From Rhizophagus irregularis (Eukaryota): DNA of 64,000 nucleotides. The stretch is from positions 2,604,001-2,668,000 of the forward strand of contig NC_089429.1 in assembly GCF_026210795.1 (NCBI RefSeq), given 5' to 3'. The notes beneath the pieces are model-generated. The model saw only the letters and a list, made by a program, of their open reading frames with translations. It was not told the origin of the DNA and ran no database searches. Positions 11,999-24,463 of the stretch are shown piece after piece. Every line of letters starts with the position of its first letter. Position 1 is the first letter of the stretch. The position numbers and the translations under genes are program-made.

Positions 11999-12399
11999 AT
12001 AAAAACTTTTTTTTTGAAGATTTATTCTAAATTGGAAAAAAATTTATACTTATAGTCTTATACAAATTTGAATAATTTAAGGGGTACCTCGTACTGTACA
12101 TTATTTAACTAATAAAAACAATGAAATCATGTTTATTTTAATTCTAAATGATTACAATATGTGATGGCAATGAACGGCAATAATGGTAACGAATATATAC
12201 TGTAATCATTAATTTGTATTTCATTCCTATGTTGTTAATAAAGTAGATCGAAAATCACCTTTGGAGATTCGAAAAAAATTAATAATTTTTATATAAATAT
12301 ATTGTTACGAATATATTATACAATTGATACACACATATACTGTATATACAGTATTTATCAAATATATTAATATATTGTTTCCTGTACTTACAATAAAAA

Positions 12400-12540
12400 T
12401 AAAAGTATTTTATTTTATATATAATTATATATATATTCCCTGTAAAAAGTATTTTATTTTATATATAATTATATATATATTCCCTGTAAAAAGTATTTTA
12501 TTTTATATATAATTATATATATATTCCCTGTAAAAAAAGT
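12400..12540. repeat. Tandem repeat, ~3 x 44 bp
   Basis: aaaagtattttattttatatataattatatatatattccctgta repeated. Confidence 0.85.
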
Positions 12541-12751
12541 CAATCCTTTTTATATTCCATCTTATTTCCGTAAAATGCTCATATTTCTGGAACTAATAGC
12601 CTTATATCACGGAATTTATCTAATTATTTATATTTTCCGTGAATGGATCCGTGAAAGGCTCATTTTTACGGAGTTTTTACAGAAATAACAGATAAAATTT
12701 TTTATAGGATTTTGTTTTGCCAAGTTAATATATATATATATATATATATAT

Positions 12752-13178
12752 CCTTCTGTTTCTCTCACAAAATCTCTCCTTCCACTTCCTTCTTTCTTTC
12801 CTTTTTTCCTACTCCCTTCCTTCGTCCCGTTCATATCCATTTCTTTCCTTCTTTTTTTGGGTGCTTTTGCTGGAACAGCATGATGCTATGCACGGGTGGG
12901 AGCATAACGCGCTTACTTTGTAAACCTGTGAGTACCAGATTTGCTGCAGTCTCACAGTAGGCTGGTTGGGAGTTTTTTGGAGTGATATAGTACTATACGA
13001 GGGTTGGAGCATAGGGCGCTTATTTTTAGTAAGCTCGTGAATACCAGCTTTTGCTGCAGTTCTTGCGATAGGACCAGTTGGTTGTGGTACGGCATGGTGT
13101 TATGCGTAATTTTCATAGGAGGATAATGCACTTCTTAAGAAGTCCCTCCGGAGTACTTTGTCATTAATAATAATATAA
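12752..13178 (+). mobile_element. Short non-coding retroposon-like (SINE-like) element with ~108-bp structured repeats
   Basis: Starts right after (TA)n at 12729-12751; pyrimidine-rich 5' part; 2.3 GC-richer repeat units; 3' hairpin ggagg...acttcttaagaagt.cctcc followed by cattaataataatataa tail. Confidence 0.5.
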
Positions 13179-15423
13179 GAAGCAAGATTTTCTGCAATTA
13201 ATAAAAATATTTTTGCTTTTGTATATACCCATTTTTTTTATTTATGACTAAAATTTCCATAAATTAATAATAATTGTTTATTCAAATTTTTTTACTTTAA
13301 TCAAAATAAAGTTATATAGTTATATACTGATAAATTCTTTATATTCATCATCTAGAAATTTGTCCTCGTCATCCTATTGAAAAATCAACTCAAATCATCT
13401 CCTGAAATAACCTTAAAAAATTATCATATTAATCATTCACGAAACCTGTAATCACTATTTTCATCTTTTTGGCATATATTGCTATCTATCATAATTCAGG
13501 CATGGTTACATTGATGAGTTCCAAACGAAACATGCGAAATTTGCGATCTGAAGATATCGAATTGGATAATATGATGGTAATATTCAAAAGAAGAATGAAA
13601 ATGTATCCTGATAAAAAAGCTCTGTCTCTGTAAGTACATCTTTAAAATATTTTGTTGGTTATTATTTCATAATTAATATTTTTATAAATACTATTTTATT
13701 TTGAAAACTTTTAATATTTAGAATTTCATTAAATAATGATATATCGGACTTGAGTTTCGTGACTTTGCCATCAATTTTTCGTGTATATTCGAGTGTTTAA
13801 GCGTTGATTTTGTATAAAAATGAATGCTTTTTTCGAAAAATCCGTCATATACTGTATGAATCATCATATGAAATGACTGTATGATAGCACTTAAATTAAA
13901 ATATTAGAAAATATTGGGAATTTAAAGTGTCGAAGATATTGAAGAAAATTTTAACTTCATTTTATTTTACATATATAAAGATGAAACTTATTTTACAAGA
14001 ATAATAATTATTGAGATGATACAATTTTTTATATTTCATCCATTTTTTAGCGCCTCCGTTTTGTGGGCGTGTGATGTTTGTTTATACTACATACTGACAT
14101 ACTGGTACACGAAATAAAACTTAGAAAAAAATTTTATTTCGAGTATGTAGTACAATATATCATCACGTATTTCAATAACCACGCCCGGACTCGCCCGGTG
14201 CCATTTTTTAATGAGTTTTTTTTTAAAAAAAAATCAAATTTAATGAGTAATTACACGTCAAAGGCGCGATATCTAAAAACTTAATTTATTAAAATGCATA
14301 ATTATATATTATACACTGTAAAATTAATTAATTAAAATTTAATATTAAAATCTGAATCTTTGGTGACGGAAAGGAATGCAATTATTTTGTAATTATTTAA
14401 ATAAATATAAAGTAAAAAGTTTCAAATATGAATTTGACAGATGTGATAAGAAAACTACTTGGCTATTTTGAATCATAACGCTCTAAAATACGTCTTTCGT
14501 ACTTTTCGAGGAAATTATAGATAGAATTCCAATACTCCAATCCAGTCGAATAAAAACTGCTTAAATTTGAGAAAGAAGACAGAAAAGCAAGCGAAATCAA
14601 AGACTATATATACTGTATATATAGGAAAGGAAATGAAGATTTGAAAAAGGAAGGTAAGAATAGATCACGTGACCTGCCGTTTAGTACTAAAGACCGGGAT
14701 TAGATATAATGGAAACCTCATTTTAAAAACTGAATAGGATTAAAGGAATAAAGGATAATGGCGGAGAAAAAGAACCATTTTGCAGCACATAGGTCAGGTG
14801 AGTAGTTAGGACCTATGAAGAGAACAAAGTATCCGGTGGAAGAAAAAACTTTCCTGTTTCTTTTAAAATTAGTTAATCTTCTAATTTAGTTCTGGAAATG
14901 TAAACATATACCTGCACTGGAGTAAGTTTTTATAAATCAATAAAAGCGTGTACTTATGAGGGAAAAATCCATCAGATAAAATCCATCAGGTGATCAGGAC
15001 CTGGTACGTTTTTGAAAAATAAGAAAATATTTTGAACAAAATCTAGATTACATTCAAACCACTAATAAATTCACCATATCGTAGATTGAATAAAGAAATT
15101 TAGCACCAGGGATTGTTTATTATAGTTTCATTTCAACACACATTGCATTTGTATCTTCTAATTACAGCAACTTTCTAAATGCATTTGCAACATCACGCTA
15201 TCATCTTTGGCAAAAATTAAAAAGATTGCCTGCTGGTGCACATAAAAAAAAAAAGTAAGAATTTTTTTTCTTTCTAATTGAACTTCAATAATACTTTTTA
15301 ATTGTTATTTATACATGAATTAACATCAATTTAAAGATTAAGAAATTTCTCTTTATTTGTATATATATATATAATACATTTGTATTCTACCTAATATTTA
15401 ACATTACTGACACTGAAAGGTAA

Positions 15424-17151
15424 CTAATACATTTCTTTTATAAAGTTGTAACAATCAATTTTTAGCTCATAATAATTTAAAACCTTAATATTATGTAATT
15501 CAAATTCCTTCACTTCATCTTTTAAAGAAAACAAATCTTCATCCTCTCTAAGGAAAGCTCCTACAATAGCTAAATATTCAACTCTCTTACTTTTCATGAT
15601 ATATTTCTTTATGTATGGTAAAATATCTTCACATTCTTCATATATTCTATTTCTAATTAATAATTTCTTAATAAAGGTATTTTGAGAAGATTTCAAGAAT
15701 ACTTCAAAATCACTTGCATTGATCATAAGAGTCAAACTTAAATATTCTAATTGAGGAGGAAGAAATTGTCCTAATTTTAATAATACATTTGAACTAAGTA
15801 CATTATCATCATAATCATAACTAAAAAACCTATTGACACCAATACTAATAGTAAGATAACTAAGATTTTGTTTGAAATTTTCAATTAAATCAAATGCTAT
15901 ATTTATATTTTGTTTATTAAATCCAGGTAAATCAAAAAATTTAACCTTTGTACAATAATTTTTAATTAATTCAAGTAATTGTTGATTTGGTTCATTTACC
16001 AATGTATTAAATCCAAAATTTTCTAAATAATCTCCAGATTTTTGTAATAATGATCTTAATGATTCAAATTGATAGATTTTATCTATAAATAAAGATTTTA
16101 ATTTAAATGGTTTAGTTAAGTTATTAATTTGTTTAGTAAAATTAGAATCTAAAGAATAACAATAAAGAATATGAATAGATTCTAAAACATTTAAATGTTC
16201 AAGAACTTCTTTTAAGATAATTACATTTTTAAAATCAACATAATAAAATATAATTAATCTTAAAGTATTTGAACAAATAGAATTTTTTAATGATAATAAT
16301 GAATGATATAAAGGAAAATTATTAAAACCAAACAAAATTTTTTTGAGATTTTGTTGTGAATTAATTATTTGTGATAAATGTTTATCAACTAATGTATTAT
16401 CATCAATAAATGTTGAAAATAAAAAATATAATGACGAAATATCTTTACAATTAGAATATAAAAATTTTAAAAAAGGGTTGATGTTCACAATCTCTGTACC
16501 ATAATTAAGTTCAAGATTTTTAATATTGCAAATAAAATTTGGATTTTGTAAAATTAATTCAAAAGAATCATTAAAATAATGAAAATCTTTATCAGCAATC
16601 ATACTAATTTCAAAAGTATGTAATTTTACTTTATTTCCTATAAATCTTTTTAATAATGACTTATAAATTAATCTCTTAAGATTCCAATATTGGTCAGAAT
16701 TTGAAAATGGTAATAAATTTGTATTTTGTATAAAATAGCTTGAAGGTTGTTTCTCGGCTGTTAAAGTTCTAACAACCCATTTTTCAATTGAATGAAGAAT
16801 TTTCCATGTATTCAAACGTTTAATAAAACTAGAATAATTGAACAATGTACTTGAAGGAAATAAATCTTTATTAATTCCATATTCTTTTAAATTTGTTTTT
16901 TCTTCTTCATTTAAATTAAATAAGTAAATTTGGATAAAATCACATTTTTTATTGTAACTATCAGTGATAAGGTGATGATTTTTAGAAGCAGATGAAAATG
17001 GATCTTTCCATAATAATGGAATTGCAAAACGACACAGTAATCTATTAACTAGAATACATGAGTATAAGGTTTTGTAATCATTCTGAAAATAATGTATAAT
17101 TTCGTTTATTAATTCGGGTAAATCTCCTGAAAATATTTTTGAACATGCCAT
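15424..17151 (-). CDS. F-box/LRR-like protein (MACSKIFSG family), intronless, 575 aa
   Basis: True start is the ATG of MACSKIFSG at 17151 (the ORF-track extension to 17313 is not supported); same domain pattern as paralogs. Confidence 0.85.
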   Translation of the reverse strand: MACSKIFSGDLPELINEIIHYFQNDYKTLYSCILVNRLLCRFAIPLLWKDPFSSASKNHHLITDSYNKKCDFIQIYLFNLNEEEKTNLKEYGINKDLFPSSTLFNYSSFIKRLNTWKILHSIEKWVVRTLTAEKQPSSYFIQNTNLLPFSNSDQYWNLKRLIYKSLLKRFIGNKVKLHTFEISMIADKDFHYFNDSFELILQNPNFICNIKNLELNYGTEIVNINPFLKFLYSNCKDISSLYFLFSTFIDDNTLVDKHLSQIINSQQNLKKILFGFNNFPLYHSLLSLKNSICSNTLRLIIFYYVDFKNVIILKEVLEHLNVLESIHILYCYSLDSNFTKQINNLTKPFKLKSLFIDKIYQFESLRSLLQKSGDYLENFGFNTLVNEPNQQLLELIKNYCTKVKFFDLPGFNKQNINIAFDLIENFKQNLSYLTISIGVNRFFSYDYDDNVLSSNVLLKLGQFLPPQLEYLSLTLMINASDFEVFLKSSQNTFIKKLLIRNRIYEECEDILPYIKKYIMKSKRVEYLAIVGAFLREDEDLFSLKDEVKEFELHNIKVLNYYELKIDCYNFIKEMY

Positions 17152-18344
17152 AATTTGTAAAAAAAAGGAAGAAGCGAAGAGAAAAAAAAAGGGAGGAAGG
17201 GAGGGAGGAATTCGGTCAACAATTGTATCCATATTTTCAGAAAAAGTTAACTCCGGTTGCACAGATTCATTATGTCGATCATGAATGTATGAGTGTATGA
17301 AAATCAGTGTCAAACAAATAAGTCGATGAAACTGTAATACTACGGTAATTGGCGTAGTTGTTGGTCAATTATTTCGGACATTTGTCTCTGTTTTATCTGA
17401 CGTAAGATGTTGGTCAGCACTATAATTCTGGCACATTATATTTCAATGAGATCACATGAATTATAAGATCACATGACTTAATCTTCAATCAACTATATAA
17501 TAAGTATAATAAGTCTATACCACTTTTTTTAGTTGATTATAACTTCTAAATTACTATTTTATTTTAAACCCCTCCGGCAATTAACCCTTATACAGTATAC
17601 AGTACTTTTATTATTTCATTACAAATCTATTATTATTAATTATTGGCTAATACCTATTGATCTACTATTCTACTTATCGACATAGCCCTTTCTATTACAT
17701 CCCTTATCGGTTACACCATTGATGCTTTTCATCCTTCCTACGATATTAATACACGTAACATTCGTACATTTCTTTACAATATCACCGTTTTCCGCTTAGC
17801 AACTATTTTTTTTTTTGCAATGTATGCATTCTTATTCTCATGGTAATTCTCACCGCATCATTATTATTTAATCTATATAATACATTTTTCGCGTGGTGTT
17901 CAACTTGCCTTTTCATATATATATCTTAATCATACAGTGCATAATATTATCTGGCGTACTTATTGTTTGTTTACCTTTTGTTTGAGTAAAAGAACATTGG
18001 AATTGTAAATTGTAATATGTCATATCACCATATTTATTTTGTTTATTTTTAAACTAGTAATGATATTTCAAGCTGAATTGAATTATATTTATCGGATAGG
18101 GAAATAGAGAGCCCAATACTGCGGTAACCAATAGGAATTATTGTTATCAATATTGATTTATGTTCATAAAAATATCGATCAAAGGTAGTTTATTTATCTG
18201 AAAGCATGATCTTGGACGTCTGCATAATAATTTATTAATCTATTCAGTTAATATATAGTACAGTATTTTTACCTGTAAAATTTTATATTTGTGATATTTT
18301 AAAATCTAAATTATGTAATGCGTCAAAAATATCAAAGATGTTTG

Positions 18345-18568
18345 GGTCGCACTCATTTCACCGATAATCATTTCACCTCACCTGCCGACAAACGTTTCAC
18401 CGAAAGGGTCATTCCGACAAACAAACGTTTCGCCGACGATCACCACAAGGGGAATTTACGATTAGAGTTAGGGTTATGTAAGGAAATTAGGGTTAAGATT
18501 AGAGTTTGAATAAAATGGTCCTGTCGGTGAATGATTGTCGGTGAAATTGTCGGTGAAATGAGCAGACC
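18345..18568. mobile_element. MITE with ~22-bp TIRs, subterminal (ttcaccga) repeats and internal TTAGGG-like motifs
   Basis: ggtcgcactcatttcaccgata versus revcomp of tgtcggtgaaatgagcagacc; internal ttagagttagggtta...ttagggttaagattagag. Confidence 0.7.
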
Positions 18569-18849
18569 TGTTATGTACTGTATGTAAATCTTATTATGCA
18601 TTAGGAGAATTGCAACGGTTGTAAATTTTTAAAGGATTATGTTATTTGATCTTCTAAATAGTCATGAATCATTTAAAAGATATATTTTTCGAATAAAATA
18701 CGTCAATAGTATTATTGAACTGATCGAAGATATTGATGGATACAACTGCAAAAAAACTCTCTCCCGTTCATAATATTACAATATTTTAACAACTATTAGT
18801 TTCGTATTTTTTCGTCATTTTTATAAACAAATTTAAGATATTAAACCAC

Positions 18850-19640
18850 AGTTATGTCCTCCTACGACTAGGACTACTCGTAGTAAGACCCAGCAGGTAC
18901 AGCTGACGAAGACACGGGAGAAACCATGGATTTATTATAAGAAAAATTTGACACATATTGCCACAATAAGATCACAAGGCAGCGTAATCATTCAGTTTTA
19001 TCAAATTCTAATCGTTCCGTCTATGGAGATATTCAATTGTGGTGGTATTATAAAGATCTCTATTGACGATACTAAAAATTACTATACGAATGTCTGAAGA
19101 AGAACTTCGTACAAAGACTTACATATATGACCACTTTATATTACCACAAAATGTGTAAAAGTCAACATTGAAGAGAGATATATTTTTTAATGTTCACAGT
19201 TCGATATAAACATTATCAAAACATTTGGTCTGACTATTGAATAATAATTATAAAACCATCTTACAGAAAGTAGAACCTGGCATTTGAAATTGACATTCCT
19301 GAACAAATAAATTAATTAAGAATCAATATCAATGAGCATGGAATGGATAGTGCATTTAAATAAATTTCATATATTAAAGCGTCCATCCGTGGATCACATA
19401 GGTAAAATTTTATAAGAGACGGAATCTTTTGATAATGATCTAGAATGTCTATAATTATGATGAACGGGTGTAATTATCATGATCATGATGTTGCTAAGAA
19501 AATTTGAGAGATTGTTCTTTCTTGGCCTTATAGACTATACATGCATTATAATTATTCGTGTAGAACATTAAACTTAGGTTCGGGTTCATATTTTGATGAA
19601 TCGTCAGATCCAAATCTCTTTTACGTTAAAATCTGATTCC
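18850..19640 (+). pseudogene. Possible decayed coding sequence of unknown family
   Basis: Protein-like stretches broken by stops, e.g. AFEIDIPEQIN*LRININEHGMDSAFK and NYHDHDVAKKI*EIVLSWPYRLYMHYNYSCRTLNLGSGSYFDESSDPNLFYVKI*. Confidence 0.3.
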
Positions 19641-19989
19641 CGACAATCATTTTAACATAAAAACAAATCGATAATCTAATAAAGTTTTTATTTTAATATA
19701 TAACGATAATACATTTCAACAATGTAACTTCGATTATCAAATCAAATAAACCATTTGATATCGATCTAATTTAGAAATATAATATTTCGTACCTTCTCAT
19801 ATTTTCTTATTCACAAAGAAATTCTAAATCTTTATTATTATCTAAAATAAAATATTCTATAATTTTTTCTAATATTAATAAAAGTGATTTTTTATTCTCT
19901 CAATAAATAAAATTAAAATTAAACACAAAATAAAATAAATAAACAAATGAAAGAAGAAAAAAAAATTTAAAGAAATCAACTCTTCCCTT

Positions 19990-22049
19990 TTATAATTTTA
20001 ATCTCAATCCAAGTTTCTTTAATAATATACTAAAAGAAATAATTATAAACATATATCCAATAATTATAATTTCGGCAACTAAACTTGAAGTATAAATTGT
20101 TCTTATAGAAAGATTAATAAATCCTGTTAAAAGGTTTGCCTATGCGTTTATATTATTATTTTAAATAATAATAAAATTAATATAAAAGTATAATATTTTT
20201 TTTTAAAGAAAAAAAATAATTATTATATAATATATATTACTTACCACGAGAAATATGAGTAATCCGTTAGAGTTTATAGCTTCAGCTAAATTAGGTACGG
20301 TCTTTTCATATGATTTCCAATAATTTTTAAAATAATACAATTCAACTGATTGAAATAATGAAAGATACGTTATATTAAAAGAAGCTACCCAAAATACATA
20401 ACTTAAATTTGCCATTTGTCTTGATACTTTTATATTACATAATGTTACAATTAAGAAACCTAACCAAAATAGTATTGACCAAGAGAATAATATCATTACT
20501 AATTTTTTTGGTTTTGGTTTTTTTGTTTGACGATTTGGTCTAAGTGTATAATATGGATCTAATGGTAAAATATAATGCCCTATGTCTAACGCAAATAAAA
20601 ATATTGATAAATATCCTAAAATAAAAAAAAATTTTTTATTAGATAATTTAAAATAAAATTCAATCACAACCATAATAACCACAGTTTGACATACCCCAAA
20701 AACTAAATATTCCTTCCTTATTCGCACTGATAAGATTCGTTCGAGGTGCATGTTGAATATAATCTTCAAGTCCAAATTCCCAAAGCGCAATTTGATAGAC
20801 TGTAAAAAAGAAAGAAAAGAATTTACTAATGAATTCAGGCTTTAAATAAAAGAACGTAAAAAATATATATATAAATATATGACACATACAAACGGCAATA
20901 AATAGTCCCACTATTGAAAATCTCGTATATTTTTGTAAGGCACGACAAAGAGTAACAAATATGGGAAGAAATCCAAGTGTAAAAAAGAAATTCCAATGTA
21001 CTCCATATTCTGTAACATGTTCCTATCCCATAAAAAAAATTAAATAAATAAATTAAATTAAACTAAAAAATATATACATAAATTAAGAACATCAAATTTT
21101 AATATTACCTGATAATCGACTCCTTTAACCATAATTAATCTTATAAATCCAAGTAATAAAAGTGGAAAGGCTTGTTTTACAGCCTTAAATAATTGCCCTT
21201 TAAGTGATTTAAATCTATTTTCAGGTTTCTTTAAGAATGGTCTCGCAGCAACAATACCTGAAGAAAATACAAAAGACCCGACCCCCAAATCCATCTGTTC
21301 TCAATGGTGAATAAATGAAGAATATTATTATGACGTGATTGTAGACTCTAGATAAAGAATGCAAAATTTATTTCTTACCAAAGAAGTTCCAAATGTTTCA
21401 ACCTTTGCAAATCTTCTCGGAAAAACAAAAAAATCAACTGCTAAAATTGATATGCAAGTTAAAATCATCATGCTGGCTCTATAAATACTAAGAAAAGGTT
21501 TTATTTGACTCCTTTCTATCTTGATTTTAGAATTTTCATCGTCATCTAGTCCCTCTTTAATAATTAACCCTTCTAATCCATCTTTTTCTTCCTCATCATC
21601 TGATCCCTTTTCCCATTTACTCCTTTTTTTTAATTTTTCTTGTTCCTCTATACTTGGTTTTGGTGCAAATTTATAATTAACGAAAATCGACAAAGAAAGG
21701 AATAGTGCATTTATAAAAAAGGTGTAGGATGATAATATTGTACAAGCCAATACACTTGGCAATACTATAATTATAAATTCTAAAATTAAAGTTCCTGTAT
21801 TGTTTGTTGTATAATTAAATGATTTTGTATATTTTGATAAAGCTGACCAAATGATATATGATGACTACAATAAAAAATAAAATAAAATAAATATAAATTA
21901 TTGTGATTTCGTTTTGATTAATAATAACGGAAATTTCTTACTAAAAGAACTCCACAAACGGAATTAATTTCCCATGTAGAACCGCCACTATGACCAGTAA
22001 CCCAATCTTCTTTTTCTTTCTTATACGCTATTTCATCAAAATCATCCAT
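19990..22049 (-). CDS. GWT1: GPI inositol acyltransferase (GWT1/PIG-W), multi-exon
   Basis: Starts [24 protein letters not shown]; motifs [76 protein letters not shown]; ends KKLGLRLKL*. Confidence 0.95.
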
Positions 22050-22434
22050 TTTATTAATACGAAAAAAAAAAAAAAATTTTCATTGAAAATCTCGTCTATT
22101 TATATATTTTTTCACGTATCACGAACTTATAATGTGTCACAACCGTCGCAACCTCAGCATTTATATGTTATTATTGGACAAAACCAATTACACGGACTTT
22201 TCCGCCATTTCCGCCAACTAAGCAATGTGCAATAAAAACCAATAATGATAACGAGAAATAAACCTTCGCGTACAAATTTAGCGATAAAATGGAATCATAT
22301 ATTTATATATATAGCTTGTAAGTCCTAGTTAATTGATTCCTCAATTTTATTTTTTTTTATAAAACAAAAACTACCAAGTAAATATACATACATATTAACA
22401 TAAAAATAAAGGAAAAAATAACCCCAGACCCCAG

Positions 22435-23301
22435 TCAATTCGCGGATTCAAGATAAGGATAGTGCTCGACATCATGCTTGTTTTTATCGTTATTTAAAGG
22501 TTCAAAATTACCAAAATGGGATGAAAAAATTCCAGGTAAATAAGTTTTTAAAAATCTTTTCTGACAATTATCAAATCTATCATCGTCCTCTTCAAATTTA
22601 AAAAAAATTTCATATAGATTTGTGGGCGAAACTACAGGAAAACCTTGTACGGACTTTATTCTTTCAGCAAAAATTCTTTGAATATATTCTCCATGAGTAA
22701 CGGAATATGAACAATTATGTCTATATTCTTGAATATTTAATTCTGATAAATTTCCTATAGCTAAAATATAGTCCAGATGTTTTGATAATAAAGATGATGA
22801 CGCTCTATAAGACAATTTATGAAAATCTGGAGAAGTTTTAAATCTCGGTAAATTATTTAAAACAAGTTTTGATGATTCTTTATAAACAAATTTAAAATCA
22901 TATTGATCAGCTAAAGCGAATGCAATGAGCGGATTCTCCATATAGTGACATTGTAAGAATTCTTCTGAGGCTCCAATTACAACAACAATTTCATATTTAT
23001 CTCCAATTTCTAAGAATGAAGCAACATTTTCCCAATTTATTCGAATATATTTTCTTGGATAAAGGAACGTAAGAAGATTTTCGAACGCTGCAGCAGAAGT
23101 ATCAGTTAAAGTGAGACATGATACATTATTATTGTTATCATTGTTGATATCAGATTTTGTGGCGTAAGCGAACATGTCTTCAAATACTCTTGAAGCCATA
23201 GCTAAAAAATTTTGATGAAGACGAAATACCGTGTGTTGAACAGTAACCAATATATCTCCGTCTTCATAATAATGAACTGTGCTTTGTTGAGTTTTTAACA
23301 T
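22435..23301 (-). CDS. BTB/POZ domain protein, intronless
   Basis: YYEDGDILVTVQHTVFRLHQNFLAMASRVFEDMF...AFENLLTFLYP...FLEIGDKYE is a fungal BTB signature; ATG at 23301. Confidence 0.85.
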   Translation of the reverse strand: MLKTQQSTVHYYEDGDILVTVQHTVFRLHQNFLAMASRVFEDMFAYATKSDINNDNNNNVSCLTLTDTSAAAFENLLTFLYPRKYIRINWENVASFLEIGDKYEIVVVIGASEEFLQCHYMENPLIAFALADQYDFKFVYKESSKLVLNNLPRFKTSPDFHKLSYRASSSLLSKHLDYILAIGNLSELNIQEYRHNCSYSVTHGEYIQRIFAERIKSVQGFPVVSPTNLYEIFFKFEEDDDRFDNCQKRFLKTYLPGIFSSHFGNFEPLNNDKNKHDVEHYPYLESAN

Positions 23302-23563
23302 TTTCAATAGTATGAGAGAGAAATACGTTATATTAAATTTTCAAAAAAAATATGCTAATCTATTTATAAAGTAATTTTTTAGAGTATCTAATTTGGGAAT
23401 GATTTCAGAAAATCGTAACCAAAATAGCAAGTCAATTTTAAACTATTATAAATAATTAAATCATCTGATTACTCTCATGATTCTATATTCTCATGATTTT
23501 TATTACCAAGAAAAGCCAAGTAAAAAAAAAAATATTCCAAGAAATTCTCCAAGCTAATCCAAT

Positions 23564-24463
23564 CTAATCTTTCAATTCTATGAACATATAATGCTCAGCA
23601 TCTTTTTTTGATTTTTCATATTTTAATGGTTCAAAATTCCCAAAATGACTAACAAATTGTTCAGCCAAATAATCATTGAAAAATCTATAATCACATTCAC
23701 TCCAAGTACCGTTAATATAATCACTCCAAAATTCCATCAAACATTTTATTATGATGCTTATTGATTTTGATGGTGATAACATAATATTATTATTATTAGT
23801 ATTATTCAACATTTCATATTTTTCAAAAAAAGTTTCATACCATTTATTAATTTCTTGGTCATGTTTTGTGAGAGAACATAAAGAATGATGTTTAAAATTT
23901 TTACGCTGTTTTAAAGAACGAATTGTTGTGATAGAAATGGTGAAATCGAGATACCTCTCAAATATAGCAGATTTTGTCTTGTACGAGAGTAAAAGAAATT
24001 GAGAATTTTGACGATATTTTTGAAGTTCATTTAAGACCAATTTTGATGATTCTTTATAAACGATATTAAAATAATATCGATCAGATAATATCAAAGAAAG
24101 TAGAGGATTTTCATGAAAATGAGATTCCAAGAATTTTTCTGCGGCTTCCAGAACAGAACTGAATTCATATTTATCGCCAATTCGACAAAATTCTTCAATA
24201 TTATCCCACGTGATTGAAACAAATTTTTGCGGATAAATAAATGATAAGAAATTCTCAAAGGCCAAAGATGAAGTATCCGTAATATTTATACGGGGTAGTT
24301 CATGTAATTCATCCGCCATGTACGAAGTAGCACAGGAGAACATGTCACGAAATACTTTTGATGCCATGGACAAGTAATTCTGATGAAGACAAAAGGCGGT
24401 ATCTTGTACGATTAAAATGACATCTCCATCTTCATAATAATGTAAAGAACTTTTTTGAGACAT
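23564..24463 (-). CDS. BTB/POZ domain protein, tandem paralog of 22435
   Basis: YYEDGDVILIVQDTAFCLHQNYLSMASKVFRDMF; shares VYKESSKLVLN and SHFGNFEPL with its neighbour; ATG at 24463. Confidence 0.85.
   Translation of the reverse strand: MSQKSSLHYYEDGDVILIVQDTAFCLHQNYLSMASKVFRDMFSCATSYMADELHELPRINITDTSSLAFENFLSFIYPQKFVSITWDNIEEFCRIGDKYEFSSVLEAAEKFLESHFHENPLLSLILSDRYYFNIVYKESSKLVLNELQKYRQNSQFLLLSYKTKSAIFERYLDFTISITTIRSLKQRKNFKHHSLCSLTKHDQEINKWYETFFEKYEMLNNTNNNNIMLSPSKSISIIIKCLMEFWSDYINGTWSECDYRFFNDYLAEQFVSHFGNFEPLKYEKSKKDAEHYMFIELKD

Noticed and set aside
12400..12540. Regularly spaced repeats as a possible CRISPR array (also 46575 and 58515)
   Set aside because: No unique spacers, no cas genes, eukaryotic context
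17152..17313. 54-aa N-terminal extension of the third F-box ORF
   Set aside because: Non-ATG start; paralogs begin at MACSKIFSG; the region is the pyrimidine-rich leader
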